A stretch of DNA of 64,000 nucleotides from Promethearchaeota archaeon (GCA_016839585.1 JAEOTZ010000042.1:3859-67858), one strand, 5' to 3'. Shown: positions 1-8,669, numbered from the stretch's first letter. Numbers and translations: made by a program. The notes: generated by a model not told the origin, from the letters alone.

Positions 1-2
1 TC

Positions 3-1466
3 GATCTAAATTCTTTTTTAGTTACATGGCAGGATAAAGATCCTCCAATTTTTTGCCATACTTCTGGAACAACAGATAATAAATTATCCAATTTAAAATG
101 GTTTCATATGTCTAGAGATATTATTGAAAGGCAATGGGCTCCAGGAATGCAAGCTATTTTTGAATCAAGTGGTTTGGATACTAAGTCATCAGCAATTATT
201 TTTATACCATCTAGATTGGAATTTGATGGAATTAGGAGAAGTGAAGATACTACCCATATTTCATTATATTCTTCAGAATTTTCTCAGAGAATTATGCTTT
301 CTGTTGTTAAACCTTATTCATATACATTCTATGAATATAGAAATTCAAAGAATTTAGAAATTATATCTAAGATTTTACTTATGGAAAATATTGCAGTTAT
401 TTCTGCTCCTGCTATAACAATTCTGGGTTGGGCTGATATAAATAGATTACAAACTGGCTTAAAGAAATCTCTCAATTCAATAGATTCGGTTAATAATTCA
501 ATCTTAGAGAGTTTTTTAAATAAAATTAAAAAAAAAGGCTTGAGTTCTGTAGCAAGAGAAATTCAAGAAAAATTGTCAGAAAAATTATCTAAGGCTACAT
601 TGATTTTTAGTATTAGTTCTCTTTCTAAATCAGACTGGGAATTAATTCGTACATTGATGAAATGGGAGACAGGTAAAGAAAAATTCACAAATCTCTATGT
701 ATCCTCTGAGATCGGACCTTTTGCGGCAAGTATCAATAAAGGAAATTTTGAAATTTCACGTTTAAATAGAATGTATGTTTTTCCTTTAACATTGCCTGTT
801 ATTGAGAGTAAAGGTAAGAAGGAATTAATATCTAGAAGTAAAAATAAACTTGGTAAGCTTCTTGTATCTAGATTGAATAATTCAAGAGTTCTAATCAATA
901 TTGATACAGGAGATATTATCTCTGTTAAGAACAAAGAAGCAATTCCTCAAATTGATGGGAAAATTTTAAGATCACAATTCCAATTAAAATATCCTATTAA
1001 GATATCAAATCAAATTAAAATTAACTCAAACTATACTATCTACGCCGGAGATTACTTTTCGTTAACTGATTTTGAAATAGTTGAACCGCGTGTTCTATTA
1101 AATCGTTTGAAAGAACAATGTAATTTTACAAGTGATTCCTTAATATTAATTAAATTTATTGAAAAAGAGAAAATTAAGTGGAAACTAATCATACCTTCAA
1201 GTAAAAATACAATTTGCTCAGATGAACGCAGTGTGAGAAAATTTATCTTAAAATATCCAGAATTTGATGAAATACATCAAGCAATTAAAGACCAAATTAT
1301 CCATTTTCAGTTAATCAATGGTAATCCCGTAGATTTTCTAGCCCACCGCGATGAGATGTTAATGAGAGTTAGAAATGGCAAAATTCCAAAGGGAATTCTT
1401 AAAAAATGGTCTTTATATGTTATTAAACCTGAACAACCCCAATTAATTAAAAAAGAAAAAATTTGA
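3..1466 (+). CDS. Adenylate-forming enzyme family protein (ANL / F390-synthetase / GH3-like); N-terminus lies outside the window
   Basis: The frame of ORF 108..1466 stays open back to base 3. The upstream translation ...PPIFCHTSGTTDNKLSNLKW carries a (T/S)SGTTxxxK-type AMP-binding P-loop. I could not name a motif in the rest of the protein. Confidence 0.4.
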   Translation, partial: DLNSFLVTWQDKDPPIFCHTSGTTDNKLSNLKWFHMSRDIIERQWAPGMQAIFESSGLDTKSSAIIFIPSRLEFDGIRRSEDTTHISLYSSEFSQRIMLSVVKPYSYTFYEYRNSKNLEIISKILLMENIAVISAPAITILGWADINRLQTGLKKSLNSIDSVNNSILESFLNKIKKKGLSSVAREIQEKLSEKLSKATLIFSISSLSKSDWELIRTLMKWETGKEKFTNLYVSSEIGPFAASINKGNFEISRLNRMYVFPLTLPVIESKGKKELISRSKNKLGKLLVSRLNNSRVLINIDTGDIISVKNKEAIPQIDGKILRSQFQLKYPIKISNQIKINSNYTIYAGDYFSLTDFEIVEPRVLLNRLKEQCNFTSDSLILIKFIEKEKIKWKLIIPSSKNTICSDERSVRKFILKYPEFDEIHQAIKDQIIHFQLINGNPVDFLAHRDEMLMRVRNGKIPKGILKKWSLYVIKPEQPQLIKKEKI

Positions 1467-1476
1467 TATTTTAAAT

Positions 1477-1878
1477 TTATTTCCAAATTACTAAAATACT
1501 TCCCGCAATTAAAAATGCAATAAGATAAACGATATATTCTAAAAGAAATAGTTTCATACCTCTATCGTTAAAATTCGACTGATTTATACCTATAGTTGCG
1601 ACAAATCCAATCCAAAGCAATAAACTGAGTAATAAAGCGGGACCAATCTCTGATAATCCTATTAAGATCATAACAACATCAATTACAAGTACTGTAATAA
1701 AACTTAATGGAATCATAATTATTGTTTCTTTTATAATTTTAGATTTGGGCTCACCTTCTTTACCAACTAATTTAAGCCAGAGATTTCCGAATGCAGAAGG
1801 AAAATACCAAAAAAAATGTATGGCAAAATAAATCAGAGCGACAATAGTAACTGCTAACCAATTAATTTCAATAGCCAT
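1477..1878 (-). CDS. DUF1761-like small integral membrane protein, copy A
   Basis: The ORF has 4 predicted TM segments. The N-terminus MAIEINWLAV..YFAIHFFWYFP..FGNLWLKLVGKE looks like the DUF1761 family. It is paralogous to 2673..3074. I preferred the ATG at 1878 over the TTG at 1890. Confidence 0.6.
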   Translation of the reverse strand: MAIEINWLAVTIVALIYFAIHFFWYFPSAFGNLWLKLVGKEGEPKSKIIKETIIMIPLSFITVLVIDVVMILIGLSEIGPALLLSLLLWIGFVATIGINQSNFNDRGMKLFLLEYIVYLIAFLIAGSILVIWK

Positions 1879-1985
1879 TTTAAACCACAATTTATCATTT
1901 TAATATATTTTAATAGGAATATAATTAAGCAATATTTATTTCTTATTTATTTAAATTATAACTAAAATACCTAAGTGAACTCTAA

Positions 1986-2459
1986 GTGAAAGATAAATTT
2001 AATTTAGTAGAAAAAAAAATCAAGGAATTTTCCCTGTCAAATTCTAGAGGCGAAACTAGAAATATCCGTGAATTTGAGGGTGAAAAAAATGTAGTGATTG
2101 TGCTATTCAGGAGTAAAAGTTGACCCTATGCTAAGGCTCATTCAGAAAAATTAGGAAATGATTATGAAAAATTTAGAGAACTTAATGCTGAACTATATGC
2201 AATCTTACCAGATGACCTTGAAAATGCGAAAATTTTTGAATCGAATTTTGCAAAAGAGTATGCTATATTTTATGATGATAAAAAAAAGGTAAATAAAATG
2301 TTAAAGCAAGAAGTAAAGCCTTTAAAATTGGGGAGAATGCCAGCGCTCCTTATTATAGATAAACAAGGGATTATAAGATATGCATATTATAGTGATTCTA
2401 TGGCTGATATCCCGGAGAATGAAGATTTATTTGAAGTGCTTGAGAGCTTGAATAATTAA
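1986..2459 (+). CDS. Predicted selenoprotein: PRXL2/SelU-like thioredoxin-fold redoxin (AhpC/TSA superfamily), copy A; codon 46 TGA (2121..2123) read as Sec
   Basis: GTG start at 1986, directly after an in-frame TAA. Translation: KDKFNLVEKKIKEFSLSNSRGETRNIREFEGEKNVVIVLFRSKS-U-PYAKAHSEKL...GRMPALLIIDKQGIIRYAYYSDSMADIPENEDLFEVLESLNN. It is conserved with copy B on both sides of the TGA. The TGA falls where this fold has its redox Cys (strand, then C/U-x-x-C, then helix). A conserved hairpin follows the stop. Confidence 0.65.
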
Positions 2460-2462
2460 AAC

Positions 2463-2533
2463 GATTTGGTATGAATAAAATAGAATAAATTTTTGAATTT
2501 TATTCATAAAAGTTAGCCACACTTGACCAAATC
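2463..2533 (+). promoter_or_regulatory. SECIS-like 3'-UTR hairpin, copy A
   Basis: Starts 4 nt after the stop. Lower stem 2463-2470/2526-2533 (8 bp), upper stem 2471-2481/2497-2507 (11 bp), 15-nt apical loop, and an 18-nt 3'-side bulge (2508-2525). The bulge contains AAAGTTAGCCACACT, which is identical in copy B. Confidence 0.55.
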
Positions 2534-2672
2534 ATATTTATAATTTCATGAAAAGATTTGTCCACATCTTATAAGAGTATTATAAAATAACTAGAGTTCA
2601 ATTAAGAAAATCTTATATGTTTTCGAACCTTAACACTTAAAATTAATTAAAAAAAAAATTGAAATTTTTAAT

Positions 2673-3074
2673 TTATTTCCAGACTACCAAAATACTTCCA
2701 GCAACCAAAAATCCAATAAGATAAAAGATATATTCCAATAGAAACAGTTTTAAACCTCTATCATTAAAATTAGTTTGATTTAGTCCTATCGTGGCTACAA
2801 AACCTATCCAAAGTAATAAATTTAGCAACAGTGCAGGACCAATCTCGGTTATACCTGCTAAAATCATCACTACATCTATAATTAATACGGTAATGAAACT
2901 TGTTGGAATCATTATAATTGTATCTCTTATAATCTTTGATTTAGGTTCGCTTTCTTTTCCTACTAATTTTAACCATAAATTACCGAATGCGAATGGAAAA
3001 TACCAAAAAAAATGTATTGCAAAATATATTAATGCGACTACAATAACTGCTATCCAATTAATTTCAAAAGCCAT
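2673..3074 (-). CDS. DUF1761-like small integral membrane protein, copy B
   Basis: Paralogue of 1477..1878, near-collinear with high identity by eye. I preferred the ATG at 3074 over the GTG at 3080. Confidence 0.6.
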   Translation of the reverse strand: MAFEINWIAVIVVALIYFAIHFFWYFPFAFGNLWLKLVGKESEPKSKIIRDTIIMIPTSFITVLIIDVVMILAGITEIGPALLLNLLLWIGFVATIGLNQTNFNDRGLKLFLLEYIFYLIGFLVAGSILVVWK

Positions 3075-3191
3075 TTCCACACCAAAAAATAAATTTTTAT
3101 TTTAAATTTATAATTTTTAAGGATTATATAATTAAGCTGTATTTATTTCTTCTTTATTTAAAATATAAATAAAAATTAAAATGAAGTCAAA

Positions 3192-3668
3192 ATGAAAGAT
3201 AAATTTAATTTAGTAGGCACTAAAATCTATGAGTTTAGTTTACCAAATTCTAGAGGTGAAACGATCAACATTAGAGATTTCGAAAACAAAAAAAATGTAA
3301 TAATTGTATTATTTAGAGATATCAATTGACCTTTTTGTCGATGGCATGCTGCTAGATTAAGAAGAGACCTTGAAAAATTTGAAAAATTGGATGGATTTTT
3401 GTATCCAATTTTAGTTGATAATGAAAAAAATGCTAAAAAAATGGAACAGAAATATGCAAAAAAGTACGCTGTCTTTTATGATGAATCAAAAAAAGTTGCT
3501 ACGCTGTTAAAACAAGAAAAAAGGTGGATTAAACTTGGTCGTATGCCGGGATTATTAGTAATTGACAAGAAAGGGATCATTCAATACGCCTATTATGGGA
3601 AAAGTATGCATGATATCCCAGAAAACAATGAAATATTGCAAGTTCTTGAAAAAATAAATAAAAAATAA
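3192..3668 (+). CDS. Predicted selenoprotein: PRXL2/SelU-like thioredoxin-fold redoxin, copy B; codon 46 TGA (3327..3329) read as Sec within a U-P-F-C motif
   Basis: The ATG at 3192 is in frame with track ORF 3387..3668. Translation: MKDKFNLVGTKIYEFSLPNSRGETINIRDFENKKNVIIVLFRDIN-U-PFCRWHAARLRRDLEKFEKLDGF..., which resembles the R-x-G-C-x-x-CR..A..L motif of PRXL2/SelU-type redoxins. The TGA is at the same codon as in copy A, and a conserved hairpin follows the stop. Confidence 0.75.
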
Positions 3669-3669
3669 T

Positions 3670-3738
3670 GATTTGGTAAGAATAAAATAAAAAAAAATGA
3701 GATTTTATTCTTTAAAGTTAGCCACACTTTACCAAATC
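3670..3738 (+). promoter_or_regulatory. SECIS-like 3'-UTR hairpin, copy B
   Basis: Starts 2 nt after the stop. Lower stem 3670-3679/3729-3738 (10 bp, perfect), upper stem 3680-3688/3702-3710 (9 bp, perfect), 13-nt A-rich loop, and an 18-nt 3' bulge (3711-3728) with the same AAAGTTAGCCACACT core as copy A. The stem sequences differ between copies but pairing is kept. Confidence 0.6.
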
Positions 3739-3802
3739 AAATTACAATTTATAAATATATCAAAAAGAGATATTCTCATAGGAGCATTATAAAATTAAAT
3801 CC

Positions 3803-4282
3803 TTATCTTTCTTCAAAGGATTTGAGTCCAACTAATTTTCCGACTACTTCAAATTTATAGATAATTTGATCTTCAGTTTTGAAATTATCCCATCCTCCTT
3901 TTTTTTTGAATCCATGAGCCGAAAGAAAATTGGTAGAAAAATTCTCTCTAGCAATTTGTACCATCTTATTCATAACTTTGTGTTTTAACGCTTTATCTTT
4001 GATAATCTTTAAAACCCCTTGCATCGAAACAAAATAATAACTGCTTAAATCAGGTTCAAAATTTTCGATTGAAACACATACATTGGGATTTTTTGAGAGT
4101 AGCTCTTTCTTTTTGCCATAATCGGTAAAATGAAAGTATAAAGTGTTATCAATGCAAACATATTGGAAAGGAGAGATATAAGGAAAATCATCATCAATGA
4201 ATGCAATTCTACATAAATTATGAGAATAAATTGCTTCTCTTATTTCCTTTTCACTCATTTTTGGTAGTTTAATTGTTTTCAT
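3803..4282 (-). CDS. Pyridoxamine 5'-phosphate oxidase-like (split-barrel flavin-binding) family protein
   Basis: 159 aa. The N-terminal pattern M..EI.E.I....LCRIAFIDDDFPYISPF.YV..D..LYFH is typical of the Pyridox_ox_2/NimA-like family. Confidence 0.5.
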   Translation of the reverse strand: MKTIKLPKMSEKEIREAIYSHNLCRIAFIDDDFPYISPFQYVCIDNTLYFHFTDYGKKKELLSKNPNVCVSIENFEPDLSSYYFVSMQGVLKIIKDKALKHKVMNKMVQIARENFSTNFLSAHGFKKKGGWDNFKTEDQIIYKFEVVGKLVGLKSFEER

Positions 4283-4389
4283 TTATCTAACCAACATTTC
4301 TAATCTTTTGAGATTTTGCTGTAACTAAAAAAAAATTTCCTCAAATTTATATTTGTTTACAAATATTTCTTAATTTTAATGAGATCTAA

Positions 4390-5286
4390 TTAATTTTGAA
4401 GAAATCTAGCGTCATTAGAAATTATTTCTAATGCTTTCAATGCACTAATTTCTTTATCTTTTATTTCCAGCATAAGGTCAAAGTCAAAATCTCTTGTGAG
4501 GTAAATAAAATTTTTAAAATGAATTAGATCTATGGTATCAGCATGACTAGGTCTTTTTTTAATAGGATGTTCAGAACTATAATGAATGATTGGGATTCCA
4601 TCTTTTTCTTTCCATGTATCTGAAACTCTTTTAAAAGCTTCCTTGATCTGCTCTCCTAAATTATTACATTGATGGTGATAGACATCGAAGATAATTGGTA
4701 TGCTTGCTTTTTCGTTTATTTTTAAGCAATCGCTAAGGGTATAATTCTTATCATCATTTTCAATAACTAAACGATTTTTTATCTTATTATCAAGTCTAAA
4801 ATATCTATTGATAAAACGCTCCATGCTCGCTTTTTTATCTCCATAAACTCCTCCTACATGGATTTGAATTTTAGCAGAATAATCGAGATTAATTAAGTCT
4901 AATACGTCCACGTGATAAAATAATTCTTTTAGACTACTTTCATAAACTTTTTCATTGATTGAATTTAAGACCGTATATTGACCTGGATGCATAGTAATTC
5001 TCATTTTATTTTTTCTTATAAAAGCGCCTAAATCTTCAAAAGCAGTTTTAAAATGCTTTTTCCATTCAAAATCTAAAATAGGATGAGAAGCAAACGGAAT
5101 TAAATCAGAAGTAATTCGAAAGAATAAAATTTTGTTATCTTTATTAAATTCTAAAATCTTTTGTAGGCAATTTAAATTTGCTTCTATTGTGCTTTCAAGT
5201 CTTTCTTTTGAGTAATTTTTTAATCTGAACGTATGGTTACTCCGACAATCTAAAGTTAGATTAATGCAAGGATACCCTATTTTCAT
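4390..5286 (-). CDS. uvsE: UV damage endonuclease (UvdE/UvsE family)
   Basis: 298 aa. It has MKIGYPCINLTL...TFRL at the N-terminus, then RITSDLIPFASHP, HPGQYTVLNS, IQIHVGG, ENDD..YT and DVYHH. This is the TIM-barrel UvdE motif series. Confidence 0.75.
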   Translation of the reverse strand: MKIGYPCINLTLDCRSNHTFRLKNYSKERLESTIEANLNCLQKILEFNKDNKILFFRITSDLIPFASHPILDFEWKKHFKTAFEDLGAFIRKNKMRITMHPGQYTVLNSINEKVYESSLKELFYHVDVLDLINLDYSAKIQIHVGGVYGDKKASMERFINRYFRLDNKIKNRLVIENDDKNYTLSDCLKINEKASIPIIFDVYHHQCNNLGEQIKEAFKRVSDTWKEKDGIPIIHYSSEHPIKKRPSHADTIDLIHFKNFIYLTRDFDFDLMLEIKDKEISALKALEIISNDARFLQN

Positions 5287-5503
5287 TTTTTAATGCTAAA
5301 AGATTCATTTTTTCCTAATTCTTATTAAATTTCTAAATTGTAAATTAAAAAACTTAGTTTTAATAAATTATAACTAGAGTTTAACAATAAAATACAGAAT
5401 TCAATTAAAAAAATATTATAAACGATAAGCAAAATCATTTTAAAGATTTCTTTATTTATCGAGGTTAAGTTTGAATCATAATTATTGATTAAGATGAGAA
5501 ATT

Positions 5504-6034
5504 TTGAGTAAAGAAATTTATAAGTGGGAAATAATCGGAATGGTTTTTATTATTCTAGTCGGTTCATTTTTTCATTTTATTTTTGAATTATCTGGTGAAA
5601 ATTTAATTATCGCTGGAATCGCACCTGTAAATGAAAGTGTTTGGGAGCATTTAAAGTTAGGTTATTGGCCTTTAGTATTTTTTTCTCTAATTGAATATCG
5701 ATTTATAAAAGATGAGGCTAAAAATTTAGGAATAGCTAAATTATTGGCAGCTCTAACTATTATAGCGACAATTATCGTAATATTTTATTCCTATACTGCT
5801 ATTATTGGGGAAGAAATTTTATTTATTGATATTCTAAGTTTTATCTTAGGAGTTATTTTTGGACAAATTGTAAGCTATAAATTAATGAGTAGCTCAAAAT
5901 TACCACAATGGACTAATATGCTTTCTTGGATACTTTTTGTAGGGTTAGGATTTCTTTTTATATTATTCACGTTTTACCCACCAAAATTACCAATTTTCAA
6001 AGATGGTGTTACTGGTGGATATGGAATAGTATAA
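5504..6034 (+). CDS. Integral membrane protein, unknown function
   Basis: 176 aa with about 5 hydrophobic helices. The start is uncertain (TTG at 5504, or an internal ATG). Confidence 0.45.
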   Translation: MSKEIYKWEIIGMVFIILVGSFFHFIFELSGENLIIAGIAPVNESVWEHLKLGYWPLVFFSLIEYRFIKDEAKNLGIAKLLAALTIIATIIVIFYSYTAIIGEEILFIDILSFILGVIFGQIVSYKLMSSSKLPQWTNMLSWILFVGLGFLFILFTFYPPKLPIFKDGVTGGYGIV

Positions 6035-6051
6035 ATTAAGAGTAATTCCAT

Positions 6052-6837
6052 TTACCTTAAGTAAAATTCCTTTCTTCTATCATTAATAATATCATTGAAT
6101 TTATTCAGTTTCTTATCTCTAGCTTTTTCTATATCAATTTCTACAAGATCCACAGATACTTTATCTAAGGGGGCTGATGATAAGACCTTTCCGTCATATG
6201 AAGTAATTTGACTCTCCCCTGTGAAATTAAAATTATCCTCGCCCCTTATCTCTCGTCCAATTCGGTTAGCTGTTAAACCATAAACTCTATTTTCCAAACA
6301 TCGTGTAGTCATTGCTTTTTGGCAATATGGAAGTACTAAATTTGCTGGATGAGCAATGATATCGGTCCCAAGAAGAGTTAGAGATCGAGCAGTTTCAGGA
6401 AAGAACCAATCAAAGCATATCATTATGCCTATGTTGACTCCATTAATTTCATATACTTTTAATGGTCTGTTACCGGGAGCAAACCATAATTTTTCTTTAT
6501 AATATAAGTGAAGTTTTCGATACACTCCCAACAACTCTGAATCAGATATTATCATAGCAGAATTATATAAATCCTCTTTTTCTTTTTCTATAAACCCTCC
6601 AACTATAGTAGCCGATGTTTTTTTAGATAGACTCTTTAAAAATTCAGCAGTCTGTCCGTCTAATCCTTCCGATAATGATTCCGCTTCCTTTTTAGAAATA
6701 AATGTATAACCTGTAGCAAACAATTCAGGTAAAACTAGTAAATCTGCTTTTACTTTGAAAGTGAGTTCTGTAACTTGATCAAAATTTATTTCTTTTTCAC
6801 CAAAAATGGGAGATGTTTGAATATATCCAACTTTCAT
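6052..6837 (-). CDS. Carbon-nitrogen hydrolase (nitrilase superfamily amidohydrolase)
   Basis: 261 aa. It shows the family E-K-C triad context: LVLPELFATGY (Glu), YRKLHLY (Lys) and IGIMICFDWFFPE (Cys). Confidence 0.85.
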   Translation of the reverse strand: MKVGYIQTSPIFGEKEINFDQVTELTFKVKADLLVLPELFATGYTFISKKEAESLSEGLDGQTAEFLKSLSKKTSATIVGGFIEKEKEDLYNSAMIISDSELLGVYRKLHLYYKEKLWFAPGNRPLKVYEINGVNIGIMICFDWFFPETARSLTLLGTDIIAHPANLVLPYCQKAMTTRCLENRVYGLTANRIGREIRGEDNFNFTGESQITSYDGKVLSSAPLDKVSVDLVEIDIEKARDKKLNKFNDIINDRRKEFYLR

Positions 6838-6887
6838 TTAAATCACAATTATTTGTAATTAGTGAAAAATTAGAAGATATGGTTATA

Positions 6888-7736
6888 TCATTTGATTTTT
6901 GTGTCTTTGTCTTTTCTTACAGTATATAAATCTTCATACTGGGCAGTTGAGATTGCTCGTTCTTTAAACTGCCTTTCAATTATATCTTCTAAACCATCTT
7001 CAAAGAATACATTCTTTTTGAATTTCTTTGCGGGGGCTCCTACATAAATAAAGTTCTCATCTAATACTTGACCTACAGTAGTCATCGAACTCCCTGCTAG
7101 AATAGAATTCTTTTTGATATGGGTTCCTGGCATTACTACACTATGAGCACCGACCATTACATTATCCTCTAAAACGGTTTTTCTTAATATAAATAAATTT
7201 CCGATTATAATTGCTGATTGGATAAGAGCCGATTGGCCAATTGTCACGCTTTTACCAAAATCTATGAATTCTGTATCAATAAAACCCTCAAAGAGAGAAT
7301 TTGAATATTTTGTTTTAATCCCAAATAATTTTAAACATATATTATCCATAAATGGGAAGGGAAATTTGTGAGATAACCATAATGGCCATTTTTTTATAAC
7401 ACTTCTTAAGCACCAATATCGATAATCCTTATCAGAAGGATCTCTAAGAAACACGCCTTCTCGAGGTTTATGAATTACATTAATAATAACCAGAAAGATT
7501 TTAGCAAATATTAATGAGACCGCGATGGATGTTATATACATTACAAAAATCAAAAGTGGTAAAAGAACTAAAAAATGTATAAACCTAGGCTCATAGAGTT
7601 TCCATAGCAACCAAAATTCAAATTGAATTGAAAATATACTAATCCAAATAAGAAATATATAAAAAATTAAGTATCTCTTTTTAACTAAAAGTAATGTTGT
7701 ATGTGGTCCACATTTTAAACTTGCAGGTACTGACAT
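6888..7736 (-). CDS. Membrane-anchored left-handed beta-helix (hexapeptide-repeat, acyltransferase-like) protein, paralogue 1
   Basis: 282 aa. Two or three N-terminal TM helices are followed by HKPREGVF..DYRYW...PFPF. Hexapeptide-like turns come next (GKSVTIGQSALIQSAIIIGN..VLEDNVMVGAHSVVMPGTHIKKNSILAGSS), ending in Y.GAPAKKF. Confidence 0.6.
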   Translation of the reverse strand: MSVPASLKCGPHTTLLLVKKRYLIFYIFLIWISIFSIQFEFWLLWKLYEPRFIHFLVLLPLLIFVMYITSIAVSLIFAKIFLVIINVIHKPREGVFLRDPSDKDYRYWCLRSVIKKWPLWLSHKFPFPFMDNICLKLFGIKTKYSNSLFEGFIDTEFIDFGKSVTIGQSALIQSAIIIGNLFILRKTVLEDNVMVGAHSVVMPGTHIKKNSILAGSSMTTVGQVLDENFIYVGAPAKKFKKNVFFEDGLEDIIERQFKERAISTAQYEDLYTVRKDKDTKIK

Positions 7737-7742
7737 GATATC

Positions 7743-8645
7743 TTATTTCTCCTTATTATTATTATTTAGAAGTTCTTTTTTATCTTCATCAATATTTACT
7801 TCTTGTTTAATTTGATACTTAATTTCTTCATCTACATGCTTTTCATAAATTACTTCACGATTTTGTTCAGCATACTTGTTTGGTTTTAATTTCTTGGCAA
7901 ATTGACCTAAATAAATCCAACCTGCTTCTATCAATTGATTAGGAATAGTCGTGCTGAATGTGCCAATTACAGATTCTTTACCCATTTTCGTACCTGGCGC
8001 TATATTTGAAACACCTCCAACAACTGTATAATCACCAAGGATTACAGTTTTAATTATTAGATACTTTCCAACAACCATTGACCCCATCACAACAGCACCT
8101 TGCCCTACAGTTACATTTCGACCAAATTTAATGAATCCCCCACTCGCCCAGGCATCTTGCATATGACTAGAAAAATCAACATGGATACCCATCCATCTAA
8201 AACCCCACATTACAATCCAGGGTAAAGGTCCATTACTCATAAACCAAAGGGCTAGCTTTTTTAGTTCTACACGTACTCTCCAAAATTCATAATCTAGATC
8301 GCCCTCTTCAGCCCTGAAAACACCTTCTTTAGGTTTATGAACCATATTTATTATTAGAAGGAATGCTTTTGTGAAGATGGCAATACCAAATACAAAAATA
8401 AAATATAATACAAACAACCATACAGGTATAAGAAACATAGTAATTATCCAATTATTAATTAATCTCGAGACATCAAAGAAAACAGTTAATGCCATATATC
8501 CGGAAACCCACATAATAGGGATATATAAAGCAAGGAATTTATAACCCATTTTACTTATAGCACTAGTAGTTACAAAATCAATAATATAATCTGGTTTTTC
8601 ATTATTTTTCTTATTCGAGTCAAATTTTGCTAGTGGGTCATTCAT
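7743..8645 (-). CDS. Membrane-anchored left-handed beta-helix (hexapeptide-repeat) protein, paralogue 2
   Basis: 300 aa with the same layout as paralogue 1: TM hairpin, HKPKEGVF..DYEFW...PLPW, then GRNVTVGQGAVVMGSMVVGK..ILGDYTVVGGVSNIAPGTKMGKESVIG and Y.GQFAKKL. Confidence 0.6.
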   Translation of the reverse strand: MNDPLAKFDSNKKNNEKPDYIIDFVTTSAISKMGYKFLALYIPIMWVSGYMALTVFFDVSRLINNWIITMFLIPVWLFVLYFIFVFGIAIFTKAFLLIINMVHKPKEGVFRAEEGDLDYEFWRVRVELKKLALWFMSNGPLPWIVMWGFRWMGIHVDFSSHMQDAWASGGFIKFGRNVTVGQGAVVMGSMVVGKYLIIKTVILGDYTVVGGVSNIAPGTKMGKESVIGTFSTTIPNQLIEAGWIYLGQFAKKLKPNKYAEQNREVIYEKHVDEEIKYQIKQEVNIDEDKKELLNNNNKEK

Positions 8646-8669
8646 TTTTACTTTCCTTGAAATTTTTTT

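Larger units (their letters stand above)
1467..3790. repeat. Tandem duplication of a ~1.15 kb module: DUF1761-like gene (-), shared divergent promoter region, Sec-redoxin gene (+), 3'-UTR hairpin
   Basis: Unit A (~1467-2610) and unit B (~2660-3790) align by eye over both genes, the divergent intergenic region (ataattaagc..tatttatttctt..tttatttaaa) and the 3' hairpins. They are clearly diverged but collinear. Confidence 0.8.

Noticed and set aside
1986-3668. The interrupted redoxin reading frames could be pseudogenes, or two separate small ORFs each.
   Set aside because: Both diverged paralogues keep exactly one TGA at the same codon, which is the catalytic Cys position. Both remain conserved on either side of it, and both are followed by a conserved structured 3' element. 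Decay would not be expected to produce this pattern twice.
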